A stretch of DNA of 63,132 nt, filler included, from Atractiella rhizophila (lineage: Eukaryota), in assembly GCA_021432655.1 (NCBI GenBank). It is 4 parts of 4 records of this genome, joined end to end, with 100 filler letters (N's around TTAATTAATTAA, not from the genome) between each part and the next. Parts side by side here need not be neighbours in the genome. Positions count along the whole stretch, not along the records: positions 1 to 18,074 come from MU271863.1; positions 18,175 to 36,232 come from MU271864.1; 2 more parts are not named here. One strand, 5' to 3'. The position numbers and the translations under genes are program-made. The notes under the pieces were generated by a model. That model did no database searches. It was not told where the DNA came from and saw only the letters and a program-made list of their open reading frames with translations. Shown here piece after piece: positions 13,397-25,896 of this stretch. Within the stretch, counting starts at the first letter, position 1. Each line of letters starts with the position of its first letter.

Positions 13397-14347
13397 ATAA
13401 GTGTCTTTTAGCTTTCTCCGGTTTAAGTTGGCTTCTCAAAGGAGGTGTTTTCCGCCTAAGGTTTTTATAATGGTTGTTTAGCGTTCGAAAAAGAACACTC
13501 GAGTTGTCCGCTTCTTTATTTACATTAGTCCCCTGATAATAACCAGTACGGTAGGTAATTGCGTAATACCGGAGGCACCCACAGGGATATACCCACAGGA
13601 CAACCTCGGTAGCACCCATGTAGGCGACAACTTTCCCTTCCTCCCCCAACTCGGCGAAGTCCTTCTCACGTCCAACGTTTAGATAGCCTTTCCTCCCTCG
13701 CCAGCTTTCGTAGATCAAAGAGTGCTTTCCTTACCTAGAGAAACGGCTGTCTGTCCTTCTAGGTTTCTTTCTCTTCTTACTCGTGATCTTCCCAAACGGT
13801 CGAGCATCCGGCTTCACTCTACGGAAACAGCAGGCGTCCTCGTCGGCGTTGGAAAAGCCCTCAACTGTTACAGTTTCTTCCCCGACGCCTCTACCCAACT
13901 TACTTCTACAACCAGCTTCCCCGCTTTCGACCTTCGCTCTTTATGGCCTTGTCTTACCTACAACCTAACAATGCTCAGAACTTTCGAGAACAACTACTCC
14001 AACGCAGCTGTAGACACGGACACGGCGCCAGCCAGTCTTAACGTTGCCAATGATGTAGCATGTTTCCTGTGTGGAGGAAGAACTTGTCGTTGAAGTTGGA
14101 GGTATTTTCGATGGCTTGTACCCTTAGAACCCTCGCCGTGTAAGTGCAGAGGGAGAGGAAGCTACGTCATTTCCTCGACATCGGAGGGTCGCAAGTGAGG
14201 CAGGAAGGTTAGCAGTGGGCTGGGCTGCAGGTAGTCTTGAACTGTCTAAACAGGCAGGCGAAACAGCGAGGTCTGCCATAATTTGAAGTGTTAGACCGGT
14301 AGCTCTCTCGTACTCGGACCCAATTACTGATAAGAAGCAGGTCAGCG

Positions 14348-14742
14348 NNNNNNNNNNNNNNNNNNNNNNNNNNNNNNNNNNNNNNNNNNNNNNNNNNNNN
14401 NNNNNNNNNNNNNNNNNNNNNNNNNNNNNNNNNNNNNNNNNNNNNNNNNNNNNNNNNNNNNNNNNNNNNNNNNNNNNNNNNNNNNNNNNNNNNNNNNNNN
14501 NNNNNNNNNNNNNNNNNNNNNNNNNNNNNNNNNNNNNNNNNNNNNNNNNNNNNNNNNNNNNNNNNNNNNNNNNNNNNNNNNNNNNNNNNNNNNNNNNNNN
14601 NNNNNNNNNNNNNNNNNNNNNNNNNNNNNNNNNNNNNNNNNNNNNNNNNNNNNNNNNNNNNNNNNNNNNNNNNNNNNNNNNNNNNNNNNNNNNNNNNNNN
14701 NNNNNNNNNNNNNNNNNNNNNNNNNNNNNNNNNNNNNNNNNN
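14348..14742. other. Assembly gap (N run)
   Basis: Run of N. Confidence 0.99.
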
Positions 14743-15172
14743 GTGTCGAGAAAGAATTCTCCAGGCCAATCCTCGTCTTCAAAGTAGGCACCGTTCTTCT
14801 TCTTCAACAACAAATCCGGATGATTGGTCTTCCACCATTTTTCGTCCCCGGGCTGGGACTACATTTTCTTGTCATCCCAAGGTTCTAAAGTTACCAACGA
14901 ATCATACCTGAAATCTGCACCGACAGTTGTTATCTCTTGGCTCAAAGTCGAAAATGAACAATGACATACGCGTTGATGTAACATATATTGTAAAGCCCTT
15001 TAACAGGGTTTTCAGCATTGTCCCTGCTAACAATCTTAACGTCCGAACTTGGCGTGTAAGCACCTCCTATTTGGTAGTCAAACTTCCCGTCAATAGGAAA
15101 GAGTTTTCCAACTTTGGCGTGTACCGTGGAGAGGACGAACGAGGCGAGGAGGGAAATGATAAAGGAAGTCAT
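14743..15172 (-). CDS. Secreted glycoside hydrolase family 114 (endo-alpha-1,4-polygalactosaminidase-like), partial, runs into the gap
   Basis: Signal peptide MTSFIISLLASFVLSTVHA; FDYQIGGAY; IVSRD; GLYNICYINA; WWKTNHPDLLL; DEDWPGEFFLD. Confidence 0.8.
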
Positions 15173-17077
15173 AGTCAACTAGAAGATTGAATGAGAAAGA
15201 GGGATATGTATGAGATGAGGGTTACAAAGGCACGCCGCCTTTTATAAAGTCATCTGCCAAACAGCAACGTACTTGCTGCACAAACAGAGCGCTCAGGGTG
15301 CTCAAGATCCTTAACAACGTTGACACACCGCCCACTTCTTGCTTGGGCTGCTGGCTTCTGTGTCCTCATCCGAGAACGAAGGATGTCTCACACAATTGTT
15401 TCCTCCCGTCTCCTTATTCCCTCATCACCCGCTTTTTGTGAAACGTGTATCCAGCTAGCGAAGATTCCGCCGCAGAATACTTATGCGAATCCTGCCCGTG
15501 TACGTCCACCATGTTTTAAATACTGTTGAGTATTACTGCACCCCTTCGAAGACCGAGGCTACTTTTTCTGAACAGCAAGTAAAAACGAGCCCCTCAAATT
15601 ATTGAAGCTAGCAGCCCACCATTCTGTGCTGAGAGCTGTGAGCGTAATTACTCTATGACGGAACAACTGACTCAGAGTAAGCATTTTACTGAGGAGGACT
15701 AAGTTGCCAGACACGTTGATCATGGATGCTGATGTTGGCATGCTACCGTGCGACATGGATGTTTGATCAAAGCGAAGGGCTCTTAAATAGCCTGCTAGGT
15801 TCACACACCACATGAAGCACAGTTGTGTTTTGCTGGAGTATATCCGAACCTTCAAACTTAAAATACATGCTGGACGAACTCAGATTTTCAGAACCAGACC
15901 AAGTTCCACCACGAATAAAATTACAACTCTCAGCCAAGTTGGCCCAACAGCGTTTGAGTTCAAGATGTCAAAGGGGGATTAGAGCCAGAGCCAGCTAGTA
16001 CATGAAAGGTTGTCGGCTACTTGTAGTCTGTTGGTTGTGTAGTGTGAGTTGAGACTCTGCTTCAGGTACTTCTACGAAACGTTCTCTAGCCGCGAAAGTT
16101 TGAAATAGTGGCACTACAAGAGATTTATGGCAGGGCTGAGCCATTCTTATCAAGACATATATTGTGATTCACATACATTACTATCCTGAGCTCTTTTGCA
16201 GAGCATTGAGCCCACTGAGGGATGATGGGGTGCGAAGCTGTTTGTACAATCAAGTAGTACTGAAGTACTGATGGTACTCATCAGACATCAGTTGCATCCC
16301 TATCAAGTCGTTCATGGATAATGACAAGCAGCAAGTGGCGGATGGCATAAGATGGTTTGCGAGCCACTGATTTCGATGTGATACACAGTGGCTCCGAGTC
16401 GACATCTAACGCGTATAACCTCCATTTCTGCACACTTGAGAAAACATTCTCCCTTCAGTCTGTCATTCACGACGAGTTGAAGTCTAAGCAAAAAATAGCA
16501 GTCTCGTCCGAACAAGATGTGAAATATTCCTGAAGACGTTGGGAAAATTTGCACAGCTGCCTGGGTTATTGAGACCGAGGGGCTGGGATACAGCTGACAT
16601 CGATATCTATATGCGTCGCGTTCAGAGTGATAAATAATTCGGGAGGGATGTGCATTATTTTCAATGGTCGACATGTCGTTTGAAACAAGTGCCTCAGCGG
16701 GAGAGAGAAGCAGGCAACTGTTTCCACAACTAAGCATTGAGCTCCTGCAACAACCCACAAGTGTCGTTGCGGTTAGACTGGGTTGAGGACGAGCTGCTCG
16801 CCCGTCAAGAAGGCACCTCCTACTCGCGATTATGCAAACAGTTTATTATTTATTCGACCTCCTCGTTCTCGTTAGATGCAGTCGCCCAGGGAGAGCTGCC
16901 TTCTCCCGCAGCTCCCTACCCTGTCGTCGGCTTCCCTGCCAAGTAGGGCACCGTAAGAACTGTCTGACCTACTGCGTCAATATCCCACCGATGTCGGGGT
17001 TTGATGTGGAGGCATCAGCATAAAAACCCAGGGCCCCTTGAAACGTTGTGACCCGACTTCCGACTTCCCAAGAAATC

Positions 17078-18074
17078 ATGCCTACCTATAGCACAGATGA
17101 CCTGCAATCATATCGGATCACCAACGTTTTCGATGTTTCAAACAAGGCACGTACCTTCCTGATGAACTCACTTTTATTGAAGGGGTCGCCTTGTCTCTCA
17201 GCGGGTCGTAGTCTCTGGTTGGCTTGCCAATTGTAACATAAGCTGTTCTCACTCGGTTTAGGTGGCGGGACAGGTATCGGTAGGCTCAGGCTCACTAAGC
17301 CATTGCTTCAGCGTTAACAGTGAAACTACTGATAGGGTTGATGCTGGCGATGGCATTCGCTGCCAACAACGCGATTGTTTACATTGTGGGAAGGAGGAAG
17401 GACAGGTTAGAGACTGCTGCAGCCACCTTCGGTGCGTTAGTCCCCCAAATTTGACGAAGATCTACATTGATGCGCCACGTAGAAAACTCAAAAAGCCCCT
17501 CCATAGAAGGCAAAATAATACCGTCTGTTTTTCCCCTTCATGAGGTATTTACGCTCAGAGTATCCAAAGGCTTGTCGGGGACGTAGGGAGCAAAGAGAAA
17601 ATAGCTAAGCTCGTCAAAGTGCGTCCATCGTGCTTATTTCAAGACGGGGAGACTTATGGGATTCACAGGATTACGAGGACAAAGAACAAGTCCTTCATGT
17701 ACTCATCAACGGTGCCGGCGTATCCTCATCATTGAGAAGCTATGATGTCGACGACGGCAAGCTTTGACCCCTTCGTTTTGATGTTGAGTCACCAAAGTCC
17801 ACAGCTTCCATCATACAACAAAAACTTTGGGATCATTCAGAGTATGCCACTTCTTTGTCTTATCCTGAGCTACTTTATTCCGTCTTGCAGGGACGATTTC
17901 TTCAAGATGATGAACACTCACGCGTACTCACGTCGCATCAGTATATTGGACATCAGTCGGCTTTATCCACTTGCTGCAAAAAGGTGTGCCAACCGACGAA
18001 GATCGGTTCAGGGGTAGCGAATGTGCGTCTTTTCTGTGAGCGTGTCAAGGCAATTATGATGTTGATGCAGGTCC
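17078..18074 (+). CDS. Short-chain dehydrogenase/reductase, partial (cut by linker)
   Basis: Spliced: FDVSNK-RVVVS-GGGTGIG-LMLAMAFAANNAIVYIVGRRKDRL; later VLHVLINGAG. Confidence 0.75.
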
Positions 18075-18174
18075 NNNNNNNNNNNNNNNNNNNNNNNNNN
18101 NNNNNNNNNNNNNNNNNNTTAATTAATTAANNNNNNNNNNNNNNNNNNNNNNNNNNNNNNNNNNNNNNNNNNNN
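18075..18174. other. Artificial contig linker N-TTAATTAATTAA-N
   Basis: 100-bp spacer with stops in all six frames; the same 100-bp design occurs at three places. Confidence 0.97.
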
Positions 18175-18346
18175 ACTCGCTAGAACTTTTCAATCAGCAG
18201 GACACTTTCGCAATGTCAAAGAAAATGCATAGCAGACGCAACAGTGAAGCTTATCATGCACACTGAGAAATTGTCCTTCATGATGATCCGAGAGAGGATC
18301 AAGATTTTCTTCCGAGAATCAACTACAAGAAATAAAATCGATATTC

Positions 18347-18793
18347 CTACTTTGTGTCTTGTGTCGAAACAACAGCCATACATTCAAACTCGACCAGATA
18401 CCTCTCCTCGCTCATCCCAAAAACTCTCAGAAAACAAGCAGCAGGTCGATGACCCTCCAACCACTCCGCCACCTTCCCTCCAACAAGTCTAAGCGCCGTA
18501 CCTTCTCCCCCATCCTTATCTAATTCCTCGATCCCTCGTTGCGAAAGATAATACATAAACCTCGTGACATCCCCCTTCTTCGCTCCTGCATGCTCAAGAC
18601 AGCTTGACAATCGAGAGAGGCAGATGTCCACCTGTCCAGAGAGCGTCGAAGGCACTTCTCCGCTTGTTGGGTCTTGCCCAATCTGCCCAGCGACGGTGAC
18701 CAGTTTGGTAGTGGGAGATAGCGCGGCGATGTTGACGGAAGCGTAGAGAGGATGAGGTTTGAAAGATGGTGGATCGGTGGATTCGACAGCCAT
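18347..18793 (-). CDS. RidA/YjgF/UK114 family protein
   Basis: LVTVAGQIGQD, QVDICLSRLSSCLEHAGA, HRPAACFLRV..LVEFECMAVV. Intronless, 148 aa. Confidence 0.85.
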   Translation of the reverse strand: MAVESTDPPSFKPHPLYASVNIAALSPTTKLVTVAGQIGQDPTSGEVPSTLSGQVDICLSRLSSCLEHAGAKKGDVTRFMYYLSQRGIEELDKDGGEGTALRLVGGKVAEWLEGHRPAACFLRVFGMSEERYLVEFECMAVVSTQDTK

Positions 18794-19647
18794 GGTTCGT
18801 GCTTTCGTTCTTTATTCAGTTTACTGTATGAGCATTCGGCTGCAGTGGTGATAGCTGAAGCTTACATGCAAGTCTTAACGCTCTTGAGCCGCTCAGATAT
18901 CTGAATGCCAGCTTGTGGCAGAGCTGGTATATGCCTTGGATCTTGGATTAAGACCTAGGGGATTAGAGTGTAGGGTGACATCAGCAGACCTTTTATAGGC
19001 ACCTCCTCCCTCCTCGTCCTGTGCGCGGAGTTGTTCATCCGGGTTCGATTTGACCTTGAGGTAGATGAGGTAATTCACTTTGTGACATTGAATTATTGGC
19101 GCTCTGTCAGGATTCACGATCTCATGCGCTTCAGTTTACTCCTCAGAGGAACGTCGTTTGTCTTTCTTTTGCTGGATACTTGAAGTTTCCAGTCAGAGCA
19201 ACTCATATATCATCCATCGCTGGTGGTCTCACCCTTGGGCCGCACAACGCAGTTGTTTATCATGTCCTGGGATGGTGTCCATTGTATTCAGGACGCAGTA
19301 TGGCACGTTACATCCCCTATTATCATGCCCGGCTCGGCGAGACATGGAAGTCGCTTTTGTCTAGTCATTGTCCCATGAGTTGGGAGCTTGTATTGAGCGT
19401 CACAATGGATACAGTAAAACACGTAGCTAATTTTGCTCGTGCTCGCTGCCTCTGTGTGCTCCCATGGAATATCAACATCTTAGCCGTTGCTCAAGGAGCC
19501 TTGCGCCTTCACAGAGTACAAATCACATTACTGTTGGCTCTTCCATCTATGCAATAATTCAATGGGGATTAGTTGATGCATTGAATCGCTGTTGGGGCCA
19601 GGAATGACGATTTAAATACCCAGTTTGATTCCATGTTGAAACGTCAT

Positions 19648-20687
19648 TTATTTCTTAACAGTCAGGCAGCTGTCAATCCCAATGTTCCTGTTGAACTCTC
19701 TCTTCAACCTGTCTTGCAGTCTGCCAACTACTTCGCAACCATCATCGATCGGGTCCACATACGTCCTGAATGGTCGCGATCCTTTCTCCATATTGATTAC
19801 CCTGACGAGCGCGCGTCCCACTTCCTCTGGATCTGCCCAATCAGGCTCTAATGCCTTCATACCTTCCAGCATGCGCTCAATGGAACCTTCATAGGGTCCC
19901 CCAGCCTTCATGTACTCATCCACAATCTCTTTGTTGGTAGGATGGCCCGAGGTAGCGAAATGATTTGTCCCTTTCGTAAATGCGCCAGGGACAATAATCG
20001 CAGTGTCGATGCCCCATTGTGTGAGCTCCATGGAGTATGAGACAGCCAGCGAGTCCATCGCTGCTTTCGCCGCTACACGTAGTTCGGGTAACAAGCGTTA
20101 TTTCTGTTGTTCTGGAGGAAGAAACTTTAGCAACGCACCAAAATAAGGTCCAAGCCAAGGCGTCATTCCACCTTTTGAGGAGCTCGAAGATATCCACGCC
20201 AACAGGCCGTCCTTTCGAGCCCTCATATGCGGAAGAACGAAGCGGTTGAGGCGATGGGTGCCGATGGCGTTCACTTCGAAATAATGCGCCAGATCTCCCG
20301 TTGTGAAAGCCTCAGTAGGACCAAGGCACATGTGACCCGCTACATTATCACTTCTATGAACTCATGCCTTGTCAATTAGAGGCAACACGGACCATTGTGC
20401 ACCAACACATCAATCTTTCCGCCATCCTTTAATACCGTTTCCACCCCTTTTTGACAGCTAGCTTCACTTGTCACGTCAATTTCTACCGTCTTCACCGTGC
20501 CTTTCCCTCCTTCATGAGACAAAGTATCAGAGAACTTCTTGTACTCCTCAACCACCGTCTTATTATTCCCTTCTACGTCGAGCATGGAAGCGTACACGGT
20601 GTGTCCAGAGCGAGCCAGGAGCCGTGCGGCCATGGCACCAAAACCAGATGAGGCACCTGTGATGAGAATGTTGAGGGCTTTGGACAT
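19648..20687 (-). CDS. Short-chain dehydrogenase/reductase (bacterial-like subfamily)
   Basis: ILITGASSGFG, IDVLVHNAGHM, catalytic YFxAK after splicing, IIVPGAFTKGTNHF. Two introns. Confidence 0.88.
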
Positions 20688-21102
20688 GATGAAATTGAGG
20701 TCTGGGAGGAACCTTTGTCCTGCTTTGGATGGCAGTCATTTTATGTATTTCTGATGCAAGGGCACGCTCCCTCTCTTGACGCTCAGAGTCGGCCACAACC
20801 TATAGCTCCGATTCAAACCGACCACAGGAAGAGGGACAAAAGGGTTATTGTTGGAAGAAGTGGAGCATGCCGGCGGAGGAGACGGCGTTTCGTTGAGTTC
20901 TGCCTGAGCAGACCTCGCAAAAATTAACATGCAGCTGGGCTGGGCGTGGTCATGAGTTATAACAATCCAACATCCCGATCCATTTCATCCGTACACAACT
21001 TTACTACTGTTTGCATCGTGGAGTTTCCCTTCTTACACAAATTCCGTTGTTTTGATTTTTGCACAACTGCCTTTTCTCCCTTTGGGATGTTAAGTCAGGC
21101 AT

Positions 21103-23877
21103 TTAACAAACTCCTACTCGCCAGTATGAGCACAAGGCATCAAGCGAATGGACTAAGGGCCACGCACCATGAGTCTTTCCAGTCGTGCCTTGCAGAGAGT
21201 GGCCCTCCTGGAATCGGTGTTTTTGACTATTGGCGGCAAAAGCCTTGAACCTGTTCACGGCTTCGCGGACTGTCTTTGTGCTGTCGAAGACGACTTGAGG
21301 AAGTGCGTCAAGCACTTGGATCTGATCGATCTGTTAATAATTGTTATTGTGACAGCGAAGAGAGACTCACAACACTGTTCAGATCGCGGAGGAATGTCTC
21401 GCATCGTGAGCGAGAGAAATCTTCACGAACGACAACACGCAGAAGCTTGGTGTGTTGGACCTTGGGAGCCATGGTGTAGCTATCCAACGACAATGTCAGG
21501 GCATTTCCATCTACAAGAAATAATAAATGATTTGCATACGCGGGCACGATCCAACCCCTGCTTCTCAACCTCCTCGCAATTTCGAATTCGTCGTACTTTT
21601 CCTTTTTCTTCAGTCTCCAAGCCACCAGAGGTAGGCCACCCCCTTGCACTTCTGACATAAGGACAAATTTCTCGCCACCGTCGATGGCTAAGATTTGTTC
21701 AGCCAGATAGTCCGAGGTGCGAACGAGGTTCTCCATGATGGCTTTGTACCTGTTTACCAGTACCATCCATGTTAAATACGCAAGAGGGCAGATGTAACTG
21801 CGTACCCTGCTTTGCCTAAGCGGAGGAACTGGTAATACTGTCCTATCACCTGTACGGCACTCTTCGAGAAGTTGAGTGTAAACGAGACTTGAGGGCTCCC
21901 TGTAACTCGCCAGATTAGCAGCATTCCATCAATGGGAAGAAGAGTGCAGACCGAGATAATTGATGGTGAAAAGAATATCTTCAGGCAAGAAGCTCCTATC
22001 TCTCCAGATGACCCAACCAACACCGGCATACGCCTGCAAGTCATTCAAATCAGTACTTTTTGTTTATTTTCGAAGGATGCTCACGAGTCCATATTTATGG
22101 CCAGACACGTTGATACTGCCTACGAGGGGGAGGCGGAAGTCCCATTTCAGTTGAGGATTAATGAAGGGTGCGACGAAACCGCCTTCACCATCCAGTTTGT
22201 CAGCTCGCGCATATCAAGCAGAAGTTGAGCAAACCTGAAGCAGCATCGACATGGATGTGCACTTTGTATTCCAACTCCTTGTTCTTCTCCTCCAGCAAGT
22301 CGTTAAGAGCCGCCACATTCTCATACTGACCAGTGTACGTAGTTCCTATCTCAGCACATTTCACATTCAGCGCTTGTACAGGACATCGCGGAAGAGGACA
22401 GACGAACCGAGAATAGCGACAACCATAATGGTATTTTCGTCGACCAAATCCACCATTTCCTTAGGATCAAATACGTATTGCTCATCCTTGCAGTACCAAA
22501 ACTTTTCTTCGACTTCCAAGTACCTCGCCGCTTTCTCCAGGCACACTTGGACAGCAGCGTTCATAACGATATTGGGACGCTCAGTGCTCTTCCCTGCAGC
22601 CCTCCGAGCGTGCTGCCACTTCCGTTTGGCGGCGAGAACAGAGAGGATAATGGCTTCGGAAGAACCTGTCCGAGCCCCAATAAATCATGCCTGGTTTCGG
22701 GAGGCATATGACAGGGAAACATACCGATGGTCGACACTCCAACGGCTTCTGAGTTCGCATCGTGCAATGGCGCGTTGAAGAGACGAGCGATCATGTTGAC
22801 ACATCGAGTCTCGATCTCTCCACAAGCTGGATATTCTTCGATATCACTGTGCACCATCAACAATGTCAGATTTCAAATTGACGGTTGGATCGTTGGACGG
22901 CGGGGTATGGAAATTCCTAGAGGAAAACAATTCAAGAGCGTGTTGCGCTAGTCATGTTAAAGTTGGTCCTGATTTCCCTTAGAACTACATTTATCCCTCA
23001 AATATGCGGGAAGAAAGGAACATGACAACTTCTGAGCTGAATCAATGTCACAAGCGGAATATTCATTCATTGTGTTCTCTCCTCTAAAGACGTTGCTTGA
23101 GATCAATTCAGAACGATGCATCCAGAAAAATATGCAAAAATGAGAGGGAATCTTTTGATGAGGTTGTTTTCGACTACCATCCCAGTCAAGGAATACGAGC
23201 TTCCTCGGTATTCTCCACGCCAGCACTCTCCTCCACAGAAAGTGATATCAGCAACGGACGTGCCGTCCTCAGGACGGTCAATCATCCGTGGAAGTAACTT
23301 TCTCTTTCTAAGTTACAGTAGGCTATGAGAACTGCACGTTCATTCATTGATATCAACGCGGACTTCGGTTCCTCATCCAACCATCACGCGCTCGTTCATA
23401 AACGCTTCCAAAACTTTGAATATGAGCATGTTGGAAAAGGAAAAGATGGAGATAGGGGGTGATGGGAAGAAATGGACAAACATGAAGTTCTTGCTGAGAT
23501 TCTGCATCATCAAATGCTCTGCCTCCTCCTCCATCTATCATCCATCCATCGGCATCGAAATTGCAATCCAATCCAGCGTAGACAATAAATTCGAGACGAT
23601 CAGCATCTCCATCAGATCTGATCACAGCAGAAAGGGACAAAGAACGCACGTAGGTCGTCACGAAACTAGCCAAATTGAGCGCGGGGTTCCCATCCATCAG
23701 CAGCTCGTCGTGCACGAACCGAGCAGCCACTCTGGCTGGCATCTCTTGCTCGCCCATCTCGAACCTGGGGATGTTGCATCCTGCGAGCGCTGAGCCGTAC
23801 ACTGTCGTGGAGACCGACTGCTCGTGGTGGATGTCATCGGGACGGGTGATTGTTGGCACTGTTGAGAGATATCCCAT
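21103..23877 (-). CDS. GAD1: Glutamate decarboxylase (PLP-dependent)
   Basis: [64 protein letters not shown] (PLP lysine), [25 protein letters not shown]. Many short introns plus one 635-nt intron (22847-23481). Confidence 0.95.
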
Positions 23878-24128
23878 GCTTGCTGCTTACAGGACAATAT
23901 TGAGGGGAATTGGTGTTGATTTCTGGTTGGAATGCAGATGATCAATGTGCTGAGGGGAAGGCACACACGTTGATGAAGATGAAGATTGCTTTTGAAGGGA
24001 CGCACGGCTATTTTAAGGTGGTCCTTTAAATTGACGTAACCTAAGATTCTGCCCAAGTCCTAACCCTACTTCTCGCTCAACAACAACCAACATTTTGCTC
24101 ACAGCCTATTATCAGCGTGTCTGGCCCG

Positions 24129-24175
24129 TATTTCTTGCTTATTTCTTGCTTATTTCTTGCTTATTTCTTGCTTAT
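24129..24175 (+). repeat. 11-bp tandem repeat (TATTTCTTGCT)x4
   Basis: Read directly; lies between the divergent GAD1 and ECO1 starts. Confidence 0.95.
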
Positions 24176-24217
24176 ATCCATATCTTCCGACATTCACTGT
24201 TTACTCTCGGGAGAAGC

Positions 24218-25614
24218 ATGTACCCGTCACGAAATTCGACAATCACCAGAACGTACCTCCCACGATCCAGAACTGCGACCTCCTCTTCAACTGTCCCCTC
24301 GAGCTCCCCAAGCTCCAGCTCATCCGTGTCTCTGCATAACTACGGCAGGAAAGATGAGGGATACCACGTGGATACGAAGTCGGAATCAGAGGAAAGGGAC
24401 AAGGGAGGAAGCAGCAGTCTAAGTCCTGTCCCTTCCTCCGATGCAGAACCTGTGAAGGAAGAGGAGGTGGAAGAGGAGGTGGAAGAGGAGAAAAAAGGCG
24501 GGAAGAAAAGGAGGCTCCGTGATTCAACATCTCCCACTCCAAAGAAGAAGAAAACTATGTCAGGAGATCTCCGCTCTTTCTTTGCGCCGTCCTCAACTAT
24601 CTATTCCAATATCAAATCTGCCAAATCACTCTCAAAGTCGTACTCTGCCTCCAGCCTTGCTTCTTCAGCTCTCAGACCGTCCAAATCTGCCTCTGCAATT
24701 TCGAAAGCTGCAGATCCCAAGCCAATACTACACCAGCTGCAGTTGATGACGGACAAGCCTGTTCACATAACTTGTCCACTCTGCCAAATGTCTTACGTCC
24801 GGACCTCCAGTCTCGACCGTGAAGCACACAACAAGTTTTGCGCGAGGTTCAGGTGTGGGATTGAATGGAAGGAAGGGACGGGTGGGAAAGTGGTTTGGGA
24901 ATCGAAGGAGGGGAAGATTGTGTGCGTGGAAGGACTTGGAAAGGGGAAAGAGAAGACCAAGGTGCGTCTCTCCTGAAATCTCCCTCTCTTAGATCGTGAG
25001 GGTGATGGCACCCTTGATTCTCGGTGGTGGCAGCTCCAAGCCATGTTAGAACTGGTGGAACACGCCCTCAACTCATCTCCGCTAAGCTCTGAGACAATGA
25101 AGGAGTCGAAGAGCTACATATACGTCGATTTCGCGAGCCAAAAAGCGGTAGGGATTTGTCTGGCACACCGTATTACACAATGCTATCGTGTTCTTCCTCC
25201 GATTCCTCTCCACCTCCTCAAACCACCACCTCTCTAGACTCCTCCTCCTCCCTCCCTTCCTCCTCAGCACAATCACAATCACAACAAACCGAGATATCCA
25301 CGGCATCCCCGCCCCCCGCTCCAATGCAACTCGACCCCTCGTCTCCCCTCCTCTTCTCCCCCACACCCACCCCTTCCCTCCTCGGCATCTCCCGCCTCCT
25401 CATCCTCCCCCCCTTCCGACGCCGTGGACTAGCGAGCCGCCTCCTGGATGCAACGGCAGACAATTTCATTTATAATTTCCCGTTGAGGACGAAGGAGGAG
25501 AGGAGGAGACATGTTGCTTGGACCCAGCCGAGTTCAGAGGGAGAGAGGACGGCCTGGAGTTGGTTTGGTGAGTGGGAGGGCGAAGGAGAAGGGTGGGGAG
25601 TGTTCAACGAATAG
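24218..25614 (+). CDS. ECO1: Sister chromatid cohesion acetyltransferase Eco1
   Basis: C2H2-type finger TCPLCQMSYVRTSSLDREAHNKFC; PIP-like DLRSFF/QLQL; acetyltransferase domain LGISRL..FRRRGLASRLLD..FIY..VAWTQPSSEG. Frame change near 25190. Confidence 0.88.
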
Positions 25615-25896
25615 TGGGCGGATGAGCTGGCGTGGAGTGGTCGGGTGCATAATCGATGTTCTTGCATATTCTGAAATCTTATTTGTAGCCAAGAAGATTG
25701 TGATGCTTGTCATGCTCAGCAGGAAAGAACATATAGCTTGCTCATGCCTCAACCTCGCCTGGAATATTGTTGTGAATGTTATGATAACATGAACACCAAT
25801 ATATTACAGTAATACTATCTACAATTCGCACTTTGAACTTGATGTGTGCTTTTCTCCCGAGTATTTACACTCACATTTACATCAAAAGCGATAGCA

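Noticed and set aside
15250..16950. Short ORFs and a snoRNA-like box pair near 16220-16270
   Set aside because: Imperfect box C, no recognisable rRNA guide, and ORFs without motifs.
18119..18130. TTAATTAATTAA as a biological motif (also at 36277 and 54433)
   Set aside because: Centred in 100-bp N spacers; an artificial six-frame stop linker.
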